64,000 bases of DNA from Scyliorhinus canicula (lineage: Eukaryota), in contig NC_052154.1 in the NCBI RefSeq assembly GCF_902713615.1, forward strand, positions 178,173,873-178,237,872. The letters are read 5' to 3'. Shown piece by piece: positions 21,986 through 34,522 of this stretch (its first letter is position 1; every line of letters starts with the position of its first letter). Both the position numbers and the translations under genes were made by a program. The notes under the pieces are model-generated. The model saw nothing but the letters and a program-made list of their open reading frames with translations. It was not told the DNA's origin and ran no database searches.

Positions 21986-23628
21986 AGCTTTTATTGGAAG
22001 GTTGAGCTTCCAAATTCCAACAACATTTGCCGTAAAATAATTCCCCAAGCTTCTCTCTTCATTCACAATCATCTTAAATTCACGGCCATTGGTTAACAAT
22101 CCACCAAGTATTATCAAAATACTATTTTCCGACTGGCAATTATCATTTGGACATCACCATAAGATCTCAGACAAGAACCCTGATTCCTCGGATCTCCTCA
22201 CAACTAAAGCAATTCATTCTGCTGCTTTCTCTTCTTCGCCTTGTTCCTGGCCTGTACATTCTTCATGAAGTGGGTGTCCCTCACATCTTAAGCTCGCATG
22301 GAAAGGTGCCTTAAGGAAACAGAGGGGCGGAGGGGATGTCTGAGGAATGGACCAGGATGTAGCAGAGGGAACTGTTCATTAGGAATGCTGAGAGGGAAGC
22401 GTGCGATTGGTGGTGGAATCATGGTGGAGGTGACCAAAGTGAAAGAGGATGATCAGTTGAAGATGGAGGCTGGTGGGATAGAGTTGAGCACAAGACCCTG
22501 GTGAGATATCATTAACTAAATCCTTCCAACCTGTAAAACATCCACCAACCTCTGTTCTAACCTTCAACCAACTTACAATCCACACGTTCAGTTACATACT
22601 TAGTTTTAGTGGTGTAGTACTTTTTCAAATATCCTTTCAAAATCCATACTCACAACATTCCCTGAAGTTCCTTGATCCATTTGCCATTCTTTCCTTACAG
22701 AACTACATTTTCAGATACGATTTGCCATTTATAAATCTCTGCTGAATCTTCTTTATTAACCATGCATTCCTAAACAACATTAGTCCTATCTCATTTAATA
22801 GAAGCTTACCTACTGTAGATTTTACGCTGAAAGTCATGAAATCTATCACTGCTTGAGCAGAAGTATTACCACAGTGACTCTGGCACACGTTCCATATGGT
22901 ACGTTACAGATATGATCCAAAGTACTATCTCTCAAATAAACAATTTAGCGTAAAAAGGAACTGCATTTCTAAAGAATTTTATCATACCCGACTGGTGCTT
23001 CAGAACTTTTCAATGAGATTACTTTTATTATTTTGGAATTGGAAACATGCTGAGATTTGTACCCATCTCCCGTGAGCAGTGATGTGTTGCATAACCAATT
23101 AACCTGTTCATGGTGGCATTAGCTGAGGGAGGATGTTGGCCAGGGCATCCACAAACTTATTGCTGTTCCACAAACTGCACAATGGGATCTTTTTCATCTA
23201 ACTCAACATACGGCACCACTGTCTACTCATCTAAAGGATAGCTCCTGTGACATTGCAGCACACCCTCCTGACTGCACTGAAGCATCACCTTACACTATGT
23301 GCCCAAGTCTGAATTTTCAAGCTCCAAATGTGCAAACTCCACACGGACAGTGACCCGGGGCTCGGATCGAGCCCGGGTCCACGGCGCCCTGAGGCAGCAG
23401 TGCTAACCACTGCTCCACTGTGCTGTCAGTGGAATTTTAATTCTATTAATAAAATCTGCAATTGAAAACCAGCCTCTGTAACAATAACCATGAAACTATC
23501 ATTGGTCGTTGCAAAACACATCTGGTTCACTGCTGTTCTTTTCGGAAGGAAGTCTGTCTATCTATTCCTAGAGCGAATCCAGACACAGCCTTAACTGACC
23601 TCTGTAATAGCCTTGCAAGCCACTCACT

Positions 23629-23961
23629 TAGAATCATAGAATTTACAGTGCAGAATGAGACCATTCAGCCCATCGAGTCTGCACCAGCTCTTGGAAAGAG
23701 CACCCTACTTCAGCCCATGCCTCCACCCTATCCCTGTAAGCCAGTAACACCACCTAACCTTTTTGGACACTAAGGGCAATTTTAGCGTGGCCAATCCACC
23801 TAACCTGCACATCCTTGGACTGTGGGAGGAAACCGGAGCACCTGAAGGAAACCCACGCAGACACAGGGAGAATGGGCAGACGCCGCACAGACAGTGACCC
23901 AAGCCGGGAATGGAACCTAGGACCCTGGAGCTGTGATCAACAGTGCTATCCACTGTGCTAC
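23629..23961 (-). mobile_element. HE1/V-SINE-like SINE nested in an older SINE (about 23400-24040)
   Basis: Full head, central domain and CR1-like tail. Confidence 0.88.
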
Positions 23962-24559
23962 AGTTCAAGGGTAATAAGGAATGGACAATAAATGCAGGCC
24001 TTGCCAACGATACCTACACCCCATGAACAAATAAAAAAGAAAAAGAATCATCAGGTCAACAAGTGCCAACAAATAAAACTCCTTCAAAATGACAGTCAGG
24101 AATCTAGGAAATCCTTTGACCTTGAAATTATGCTGCTTGAATATTTGCATACAAATAGGTTTCTATAAAATTATTTCAGTCCCTCTTATATTGGAGGTAT
24201 TTTCCTACTTAGTTAAATGACCTTATATCTCCATTGAAATAATGGACAAAGAAACCTAATATAAATGCATTAAACATTCGCAGCACAATATTTACCCATT
24301 GTAATTTCAAGTCCATTCTGTGACAATGTAGTTTATTTTAATTAATCCATCTCAGTGCCAGTTATATATATATTCATTAAACCACAAATTGTCACTATAG
24401 AAAACTGCCACTGTCAGATATAAATTTCAATATTAGTTACTTAGATGCGCATTATGGATCTGTTAGTCTCTTCTAACGAATATTTCATGGCCAGAAACAA
24501 TCTGTTTGTTTATTTAAAGCAAAGTTTGGCAAAATACGTCAAATCTGAACACATTAGCA

Positions 24560-24889
24560 TGGGTGGCACGGTAGCCCAGTGGTTAGCACTGTGGCTTCAC
24601 AGCTCCAGGGTCCCAGGTTCGATTCCCGGCATGGGTCACTGTCTGTGTGGAGTCTACACGTTCTGCCCGTGTCTGTGTGGGTTTCCTCCGGGTACTCCGG
24701 TTTCCTCCCACAGTCCAAAGATGTGCAGGTTAGGTGGATTGGCCATGCTAAATCGCCCTTGGTGTCCAAAAAGGTTAGGAGGGGATTGGGTGGAAGTGTG
24801 GGCTTGGGTGGGCTGCTCTTAACAAGGGTCGGTGCAGACTCGATGGGCCAAATGGCCTCCTTCTGCACTGTAAATTCTATATTCTATAT
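24560..24889 (+). mobile_element. HE1/V-SINE-like SINE
   Basis: A/B boxes, agtccaaagatgtgcaggttaggtggattggccatgc, ttctat tail. Confidence 0.9.
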
Positions 24890-24989
24890 GCCTCTGCATC
24901 AGAAGTGTTCCACATGCCACAAATTCAATTGAATTTTGCTTTCGAAGTGAATGGATGACAAACACAAATAAGGACTCATTGAACAGATT

Positions 24990-27450
24990 CACTGGCAAGG
25001 GCGATTTTAATAAGATCAGATATGATTTGGCCAGAGAGGACAGGAAACGGACATTTTAGGTAAATCTGTGACAGAATAGTGGGACGCATTCAAGAAGGAA
25101 ATAGGAAGAGTACAGGGCCAACATGTTCCAATCAAGAAAAAGGATGGGATCAACAAATCCAGTGAAGCCTGAACATCGAGGGACATACTGATGTGACCAT
25201 CAATTCACTCGGAACGCGATTGGAAGTAAACTGTGGTTTTAATAGTCTTACAACTGAGCCTGCCTGCAACCAGAAGAACTGAGGGCAGGCTCACACAGCT
25301 GCAGCACTTTATACTTCCGGTAGTGGGAGGGGCCATGGGCGGAGCCATGGGCGGAGCCAAGGGTGGAGCCCTGTATAAGCTCCTCATCTCCCTCTATGGG
25401 CAGAGCCGCACAACGGCTCACAGACAGAGCCCACAAGGACATAATACTATACAATACAATACAGTGTGAATTACATTTACCACACATACAGCATTGGATA
25501 AGGAGAAATCGAGGAAGCAAAACAGCAGTAGCCCTAGAGGCGCATAGAATGTGCTGGTACTTAAAAAGGAAATTAGGAGAGCACAAAGGGGACATGAAAG
25601 GATACTGGCAGGTAAAATAAAGGAAAATCCTGAGTTGTTTTACAAGTACATTAAGGGTAAAAGGATTACTAGGGAAAGTAGAGGGCCCATTATGGACCAC
25701 TGTCATAATGTGTATGTGGATCCGGAGGACGTAGATAGGATTCAAAATGGATACTTTGTGTTGGAGTTCACTCATTAGAGGGACCGTTTCGACACAGAAA
25801 TCAGGGAGAAGGACTGTGATAAAATCAAAGAGATTAACATAGGCAGAGAAGAGGTTCTAAATGGTCTTGTCAGCTTAAAAGTAGCCAAATATCGAGGGCC
25901 AGATGAAACATATCCCAGGCTGTTGAGTGAGGCAGGGGAGGAAATAGCAGTGGTGCAGGCAATAACTTTCAATTCCTCTCTGGCCATACTGGAGGTCCCA
26001 GACGACTGGAGGATAGCCAATGTGGTCCCATTATTCAAGAAGGGAGGAAGGGATAAACCAGGAAACTACAGGCCAGTCAGTCTAAACTGAGTGGGGGGGG
26101 GGGGGGGGGGGAGCTATTGGAAGCAATTCTGAGTGACAGCGTTAATCTGCATTTGGAGGGGTAGGGGTTAATCATCGACAGTCAGCATGGCTTTGTTAAG
26201 GGGAGGTTATGTCTGACCTACTTTATTGAATATTTTGAAGTGGTGACCAGATGTGCAGATGAGGGACATGCATTGGATGTTGTTGACTTGGACATCAGTA
26301 AGGTATTTGATAAAACCCACATGGGAGACTGATAGCGAAAGTAAGAGCCCATGGAATCCAAGGAAATTTGGCAAATTGGGTCCGGAATTGGTTGAGTGGC
26401 AGGAAGCAGAGGGTGATGGTCGAGGGGTGTTTTTCCGACTGGAAATCTATGTCCAGTGATCCACAGAGATCAGTGTTGGAGCCTTTGCTGTGGTTTGTAT
26501 AAATGGTTTAGCATGAATGTAGGAGGGTTGATCAGTAAGTTTGTGGATGATACAAAAATTGGTCGGGTGGTAAATAGTAAGGAGGATAGTCTCAGATTAC
26601 AAAAGGATGTAGACTAGCTGGTCAAATGGGCTGGTCAGTGGCAAATGGAATTCAATCTGGATAAGTGTGAGGTGGTGCACTTGGGCAGGACAAACAAGGC
26701 AAGGGAATATGTGGTAGACAACAGGACCCTGGGAAGCACTGAGGATCAGAGGGATCTTGGTGTGCATGTACACCGGTCCCTGAAGGTAGTAGAGCAGCTG
26801 GATACAGTGTTTAAGATGGCATATGGGATATTTGCCTTTATTAGCCGAGGTAAAGTTTAAGAGCAGGGAAGTTATGATGGAACTGTCTAAAACATTGGTT
26901 ACGCCACTACGAAAGTATTGTGTGCAATTCTGGAATCCAAATTGTAGGATGGATGTGATATCACTGGAAATGGTGCACATGAATTTACCAGGATGTTGCC
27001 TGGGCTTTCCTTGGAGCAGACGAGATGGAGGGGAGGGGTGTGTGTGTGGGTGGGCGGGGGGGGGGGGGGGGGGGGGCTGGGGGGGGAGCACGATTGAGAT
27101 GTACAGAATTTTGAGGGGCATAGAATAGACAGGAAGAAACCTCTCCCCTTGGTGGCGGGATCAATGACCAGAGGGCATAGATTTAAGATTAGGGGCAGGA
27201 GGTTTAGAAGGGATGTGAGGAAAAACCTTTTCACCCAGAGGCTGATGGGAGTCTGGAACTCGCTGCCTGAAAAGAAGGTGAAGGCAAAGACCCTCACAAC
27301 ATTTAAGAAGTATTTAGATGTGCACTTGCAATGTCAAGGCATACAGGCTATGGGCAAAGTGCTGGAAAATAGGATTAGAATAGTTAGGTGGTTGTTTTTG
27401 ACTGGCGCAGACCCGATGGGCTGAAGGGCCTTTTCTGCGCGGTCGACTTC
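24990..27450 (+). mobile_element. Degenerate CR1 LINE (RT region to 3' end) with solo-LTR insertion and poly-G expansions
   Basis: KENPELFYKY, NYRPVSL, FVDDTK, MEFNLDKCEV, FTQRLMGVWNSLP with stops and frameshifts. Confidence 0.9.
25189..25484 (-). mobile_element. Solo LTR (Gypsy-type) with perfect 5-bp TSD CATAC
   Basis: TG...CA termini (minus strand TGTGGTAAATG...CACATCA); CATAC at 25184-25188 and 25485-25489; TATAAA and ATTAAA on the minus strand. Confidence 0.92.
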
Positions 27451-27605
27451 GATGACTCCATTTCTTGATTATGGGTTCAAACTCGATCCCTTTGTTCAGA
27501 AGTGAATCCAATTTGTTCATGGTCACGTTGGTGCAGGCATTCATTTTTTGCAGTTTAATTTAAAAATGTAGAAATATACATGAAGGTGGTTCCCTATCAA
27601 ATACA

Positions 27606-28601
27606 TGGGGTTGCCAACTGTGATTACGTGTATTCCTGGAGGTTTCATCACAAGACTTGCCCCCACGCCCGAGCCATTAGCCAGCCAACGCACATCCATC
27701 CTTGTGACACCGGTATTCCGATGCCAATTTAATTGCCAATCGATACCCAATTGGATGATGCCTGACTGGCACTTTCACCCATTTTCAATATATTTATGTC
27801 GAGTTGTTATGTATTAAAACATATGGGGCGAAATTCTCCGACCCCCACGACGGGTCGGAGAATAGCGGGAGGGCCTTCCCGACATTTTTCCCGCCCTCCC
27901 GCTATTCTCCCCCACCCCCCGCCCAACTCCCGACCCGAATCGCTGCCGCTGTTTTTTTACGGCCGGCAGCGATTCACAGCTGTTCGATGGGCCGAAGTCC
28001 CAGCCATTTACGCCGTTTTTACGAACGGCAAACACACCTGGTCTGGCCGTTCGTAAAAACGGCGTCACAAACTCGCTTTTTATAACCATGGCACCGATTG
28101 GCACGGCAGTACCACGGCCGTGCCAAGGGTGCCATGGGCCCGCGATCGGTGGGCACCGATCACGGGCAGCGGGCCCGATGCCCGCGCACTCTTTTTCCTT
28201 CCACCCCCCGCAGTATCCATTCGCGGGGCGGCTGAGGGGCAACCCGGCCCGCGCATGCGCGGGTTTCGCGCAAATACGCGATGACGTCATCCGCGCATGC
28301 GCGGGTTGGAGTCTTCCAATCCGCGCATGCGCGGTTGACGTCATATGACGCGTCAGCCGGCGCTAACTCCGGCAAGCGGGCTTAACGATATTCGTTAAGC
28401 CCGTCATGCCGGAGCCTACGGCGTCGGGCTGCTAGCCCCGACCGGGGACCAGAATCGGTTCCCGGTCGGGAAGGGGCGCGCTTTACGATTTCTCCCGTTT
28501 TGGGAGAATCTCGCCCATGATTTTTTTCCAGGTTGGCATACAGCAGACTGGCCCTCAATACCTGGAGACTCCAGGTCAATCTTGGAGGATTGGCAACCCA
28601 A
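27606..28601. mobile_element. Older TIR element (GGGTTGCCAA termini) hosting a nested MITE
   Basis: tggggttgccaa at 27606 and ttggcaacccaa ending at 28601 (11/12 inverted match). Confidence 0.55.
27826..28516. mobile_element. GC/CpG-rich MITE (Harbinger-like), 3-bp TSD ATG
   Basis: gggcgaaattctcc / ggagaatctcgccc; ATG at 27823-27825 and 28517-28519. Confidence 0.92.
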
Positions 28602-28678
28602 CCAATAAGCGCGTTGACAAGGCTAAGCATCTGGGAACTAAGTCGCATAGTAGGGGTGGTAACGTGGAGTGATTCCCA

Positions 28679-28857
28679 ATAATAATAATAATCGCTTATC
28701 GTCACAAGTAGGCTTCAATGAAGTTACTGTGAAAAGCCCCTTGTCGCCGTATTTCAGCACCTGTTCGGGGAGGATGGTACAGGAATTGAACCCGCGCTGC
28801 TGGCCTTGGTCTGCATTACAAGCCAACTGTTTAGCCCACTGTGCTAAACCAGCCCCT
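28679..28857 (-). mobile_element. Short tRNA SINE (head type B), (ATT)n tail
   Basis: Reverse complement of the 17704-17897 type. Confidence 0.85.
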
Positions 28858-29260
28858 GTGGAGGCTGTCAGAAAAACACACCAAATTGCCCAACTCCGCC
28901 CTAATTAATTATGAAACCAGGTGTTTCGTGTCATACTCCGTGGATTGGCAGGCCTGATGCCCAACCCAGGTGTCATATTGAAAATGTGTCCATCAGCAAT
29001 GACCTACTATTGAAGAAAGAAGGTGGACCTCCTGAAAATAAAGATGGTTCTTTGTGAGTGTTCAAAGACCAGAAGCTGGAGCCCCTGAGAAAGAAAATGG
29101 ATCTCCAAGAACACTTTAAGCTGAAATATTGATCTCCAGAACACCAAATCTGGAACATGCCCCCCCCCCCCACTGCTGTAGTATTCCAGGATCCAGGATT
29201 GATGGCAGCTTCCATTCTTACCTTTGGAGGCAGCCAGGCATTGCTCAGGTGAGTCCTGAC

Positions 29261-30408
29261 CTCCTGGGCATTTTATTATGTTAAAGCTACTATATAAATT
29301 CACGTTACTGTTGCATAAAATATAAAACTTTGGACCGGAGCGAACGGCCATGCCATGCCCAAAATGCAGCTCATCATGGCGTAGCATGGCTGATAGAAGC
29401 CGGGAGCATCTCAATGCACAGTTGGGAAATTGGAACAAAGATGTTAAAACAAACTATTATCATTTTCAAAGGGCTTAACTGCTGATTCAACTAAGAAGGT
29501 GCACTCCAAATAAAGGGGGCGATTTAACTAAATGGGAAGAAAGCCCCATAGCGAGCATGTTTAGCCACCGCGGAGAAACACAATGTTATTGAACGGATTA
29601 GCGAGGGGGCCTCAGCGTGGAACCCTCTGCCGAGACCGCACATAGTCCTGTTTCCAGCACTGAGGAGCTCCGCTTGCCAGAAATCCTCAGTGCAGCGAGA
29701 GATCAGAGCGTCATTTTAAAATGGCATCCCAATCTCTGGAGCCTCCGGATTGACTGCTGACCCCCCCCCCCCAGACTCAACTCACTATGAGGGGGTCCCC
29801 AGATCCCTGCTGATTCTCTGCAACACCTGTGTAGGTATCCTTGGCCCGATCGCCGCCACAGAAAATGCCAGCTTGACACCTGGTACCCTGACATGGTCCC
29901 TGCCAGCTGGCAGTACCACCTGGGAATCTTGGCAGTGCCAGGATGGCACCTAGATGGCACTGCCAGGGTGCCAGGCTGGCAGTGTCAGGGTGCCCAGATG
30001 GCACCAGCAGTACGAAGGTGCCACCCTGCCCAAAGCGCATGCACCTGAGGGCCTCTGAACCCCTGGGAGACCCCACGAGTGCCATTCCATCTGTTCCCAT
30101 TTATGGAGCCAAGTACCAAACAGCATTTCCCCGTGGTCTCCTAGCTGTCTCACTCTAATATGTAGATTTGCCAAAAAATTATTCCACACACAATGGGCGC
30201 GATTTACATCACAACGTCTTGCGTTGTAAGCCGGGTAGGTCCCGGGAGCAGGGTCTCCCGGCTTCTATCAGCCATGTTGTGCCATGATGAGCTGCGTTTT
30301 GGGCATGGCGTGGCCGTTCGTTCGCGTCCAAAGTTTTTATATTTTATGCAGCAATAGCGTGAATTTATATAGCAGCTTTAACATAATAAAATGCCCAATG
30401 CCCAGGAG
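29261..30408. repeat. About 146-bp inverted duplication (29261-29406 vs 30255-30408)
   Basis: Arms are reverse complements with scattered substitutions; the same peptide FYILC.NSVNLYSSFNIIKCP appears on opposite strands in the ORF track. Confidence 0.9.
29516..30190. mobile_element. Older MITE with internal TGGCA/TGCCA repeats; related copy at about 44270-44995 in opposite orientation
   Basis: Shared body (ccccacgagtgccattccatctgttcccattt vs aaatggggaccagattgaacggcacttgtgggg). Confidence 0.65.
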
Positions 30409-30439
30409 TGTTGACAAAGAACATTTTACGCATGCAACA

Positions 30440-30735
30440 TGGCAGCTCGGTGGTAAGTGGTTAGCTGCCTCACAGCGCCAGGAACCCGAGTTCAATTCCA
30501 GCCTTGGGTGACTGTCTGGTGACAAACTGTGGAGTTTGCATATTCTCCCATCGTCTAAGTAGATTTCCTCTGGGTGCTCCCGTTTCCTCCCACAGTCTAA
30601 AGATGTGCATATTGGGTGGATTGGCCATTGAAAATTGCCACGAGGTGGGGATTGGGTCTCGGTAAGATGATCTGTCAGAGGGTCGGTGAAGACATAATGG
30701 GCTGATGCCCCCTTCTGCATTGTAGGGATTCTATG
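30440..30735 (+). mobile_element. HE1-like SINE (diverged)
   Basis: A/B boxes, central domain, gggattctatg tail. Confidence 0.8.
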
Positions 30736-31161
30736 AAATGTTCAGTTTCTACATATTGCCACAATGTTTCAGCACCCCTACAAACATACACCAGTGGCTG
30801 ATGGGGTCTGAATTTTCCTTGTGACAGCCAGCATATATTTATATTTATTTATCTGACAGTATATCTGTATGAGGTTGAAGATAAATGCATATTGGCTCCT
30901 CTATCATCAACACAGCTTGTATATCTTGAATGTCAGCTTCATGGTGAGTTTACAATTTGCCAAGATTGTAGCAAGATTTAAAACTGTAAACTACCCTAGC
31001 CATTCAGCGCCAGATGGGAGTAACCTGTTAGCCTTTAGTCCGTTAGACTGTACAGCAACTGATAAGAGATAATATTTATGAAATCTTACTGAGTCCTGAA
31101 AGCAGAAAGAAGTAACACTCTTATCAAAAATAGACGCCCTCGATAGTTCTAATATTATCTT

Positions 31162-32196
31162 CATAGAACCGATAAAATCCCAACTGTGTGGACGGAAGCC
31201 ATTTGGCCCATCAGGGGCGGCATTCTCCCCTACCTGGCGTGACGGAGGGTCCCGGAGTAGGGGAGTGGCGCCAACCACTCAGGGGTCGGGCCTCCCCAAA
31301 GGTGGGGAATTCTCCCCACCTTTGGGGGCCAGCCCCGCGCCGGAGCGGTTTGCACCAGAAGACTGGCGCAAAAAACCGGCGTCCCCTGCAGCGGGGCGGC
31401 CGTAAGGCTGTCGCCGGTCCGCGCATGCGCCGGCAGTGACGTCAGCGGCAGCTGGCCGCTGACGTCACTGCTGGCGCATGCGCGATGTGGGGTTCTCTTC
31501 CGCTTCCGCCATGGCAGAGGCTGTGGCGGCCGCGGATGAAAATAGTGCAGCCAGGGCACTGGCCCAGAGTACAAGCGGGGGGCCCCGATAGCGTGCCAGG
31601 CCACCGTGGGGGCACCCCCCCGGGGTTCGATCGCCCCCCCCGCCCCCCCCAGGACCCCGGGGGCCTGCTCGCGCCGCTGATCCCGCCGTTCCAGTGGTGG
31701 TTCAAACCTCGGCGGCGGGAGAGGCCTCCCAGCGGCGGGACTTCCGCCCATCCGGGCCGGAGAATCGCCGCAGGGGCCTCTCCAATCGGAGTGGTGAGAT
31801 TCCGCCGCCGCCACTTCCCGGGTGGCGGAGAATCTCTGCCACGGCGGGAGCGGGATTTTAGGCGCCCCCAGGCGATTCTCCAACCCTGCTGGGGGTCGGA
31901 GAATTTCGCCCCAGGTCTGCACTGACCCTCTGGAAGAGTACCTTTCCTAGGCCCACTCCCCAGTAACCCCGCCCAACCTGCACATGTTTGGACACAAAGG
32001 AGCAATTTAGCACAGCCAATCCATCTAACCTGCACATCTTTGGACTGTGGGAGGAAACTGGAGCACCCGGAGGAAACCCACGCACACACAGGGAGAAAGT
32101 GCAAACTCCATACAGACAGTCACCCAAGACCAGAATTGAACTCAGGTCCCTGGAGCTGTGAGGTAGCAGTGCTAACCACTGTGCCACCTTGCTGCC
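31162..32196 (-). mobile_element. HE1-like SINE split by a MITE
   Basis: ggcccatcag|...|gtctgcactgacc rejoins into the SINE tail. Confidence 0.88.
31215..31911. mobile_element. GC/CpG-rich MITE (Harbinger-like), 3-bp TSD CAG
   Basis: gggcggcattctcc / ggagaatttcgccc; CAG at 31212-31214 and 31912-31914; 63-bp internal palindrome at 31421-31483. Confidence 0.92.
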
Positions 32197-34522
32197 CGGT
32201 TGTTAAGAATTCTTTTGTGTTCTTGTATGTTGTGCAGGAAGCTTCAGTTTCCAAAACTGTCTAAATTTCTATCCATTTACTGATAAAAAGCAAGGGACAG
32301 GCTGTGGTCCCAAACTACAGATTATCCAATACCCACCTCAGTCTTTTGTACTGAAAAACAGTCCAATTTCAAGTCCTCACAGACAGCTAACCCGGAAGAA
32401 AGAAGAAGCAAAAAGATGCTGGAAATATTCAGCATGCTAGTAGATTAAACAGACAGGAACAGAATCTACTAATGAGTATCCTGCACTTGAAAACAGGCAT
32501 GTTGTTACTGTCGAGGAACCAACATGATTTCCTGTAGGATCATCAGGCAGCTTTGCTAAATTGTTGATCTATTCATTTTTCACAATTAAAACCACCGAAT
32601 GAAATAACGGACAGAATCTTTTTAACAAGTGTCCCTGTGCAACCAGTTTGATCATTTCCATTTCCTTTGTGTTTAGTTAGAGAAGCTGCAGGTAGGTAAT
32701 GTAAACATCACCACGTGGCAAGGATAATGGCAGTCCTTTAGTTGTTTCCTATCTGCAGATCCAAGAAGTCATTGACAGTTCTAAACAGTGTGACTAATGA
32801 AGTAGGAGGAAGGCAGACATGAAAGTCAACAAAAATCTTTTTCTCCACTACTAACTGAAATCACGGTTGGAATTTGCAGACAGTTTCTCAAAGTATGCTA
32901 ACCGCAACAATCAATCGATCTATGGGGCATCAGTTTTCCTCATTACTACATACATTTTATTCTGGTCCCATCAACAGGGGTTCTCTGGCATTCAGGAGCA
33001 GTGAAGTCATCAACCAGGCTGTTCAACCAATCAGACTTGAGAATCCTCACAGACAGCAAACCTGGAAGTAAGAAGAAGCAAACAGATGCTGGAAATACTC
33101 AGCATGCTAGTCAGCATCTGTGGAGAGAGATACAGAGGGAAGAATTGTCCCGAGACCCCACCAGCAAGATCAATGGCAGGTCGGGGGGGGGGGAGGAAGA
33201 GAATACAGTGGGAGGTCCGAACATCAGTTTCACGCTGACATGAAATGACAGTGGGATTTTCCGATGGTGCAGGCATGACGGATTGGGAATCCTACTGCAT
33301 GCCGGCTAAAGGATTGCAAATGAAGACCCAACTGTGCCCCATGCCTGATTCTCCACAATGACAGTAGGAAATAAAGCCGGTGCAGAACACAGAACACGTC
33401 TAGACCAGCATGGCGAACAAAACTCAGGACTTAAATTTAGGCCTTAATGACATCCGACAGACATTGATGCCGACAAATAACAACCAGACCCTGGAGGATC
33501 ATCTGTATCATATGGTGGGTGGGGATTCATCCACATGGCTTCATTTCAAAGCAGCTTATGGAAGGCTGGAGGTCTCCACGCAGCAATTTCAACTTGCTGA
33601 GGCTTTCTACTTGCAGGGACTTTGCAATGGTGGATTGGGTCCTCGAACAGTGGGATGGATGGCAGCAGTAGAGAGACTGATGAGAGGCAATGGAGGGGGG
33701 GTGTGCAGGTCTTAAGGGGAAGAAATATCCAGTTGAATGTGTTACAGGGAGGATCAGTGGAGTCAATATTTAACTCCTGGGGAGCAAACACAGGATGGGC
33801 AGGATGGGAGGATATGGTTAAGGTTACATGGGGCAGAAGGAGCCAGAAGCCAGAAGAACAGGTGAAGGGTTGACAGTGCCGGGCGAAGGTACGGCGAGGG
33901 CTGGTACTGACATGCACCACAGAACCCCCACATACACCAATCGGGAGCAAGCTGAACATGCACTGCTCAGTATTTGAACAGTCGGGCTGGGGATAATCAT
34001 CCAATGTGTGTCTGGAAAGAAACACAAAATCCAGATCACTGGAGCCAGGAGTTGGGTGGTACAACAAGAGGAGTTCCGGGATAGGGAAACATCCCAATAT
34101 GCACAACAGAGGGAGGGTGAAAGAGAGGGAGAGAAAACTGGGAGAAGATCACCAGTGGGAACCACCAGGGAAGCAGAACCATTGGGAAGAGGAGTAAAAG
34201 AGACTTCAAACAGTAAAAGTGCTGCTGTCGGACGATTCTGAGTGATGAGGGCTCTGGAGAAGCTGACGGCTAAGACGGGCTCAAAATTCTGCAGAGTGTA
34301 ATGTGTCTCACCACATTTTTCCCATTGGTTTACATGGACCATATACTTACCAAGAATTTCAGAGTATAAGATACATTGTAACTTGTGCTTTCCTTATAAT
34401 TTTGTATATTTCTCTACGATTGTAGCGCGGGTGAAGGAGTATTTTATTGTAGTTAATACCTTCTTCTTTAATAAATGTTTTATTCTTTTTTTTTAGACAT
34501 TAATTGGCAGTCCTGTTACTCT

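Noticed and set aside
24560-24630. tRNA genes at SINE heads (many copies)
   Set aside because: A/B boxes are present but continue into SINE bodies and LINE-like tails; not standalone tRNAs.
33400-34342. 172-186-aa ORFs on the minus strand
   Set aside because: No recognisable domain; the region looks like an old degenerate repeat with ORFs open on both strands.
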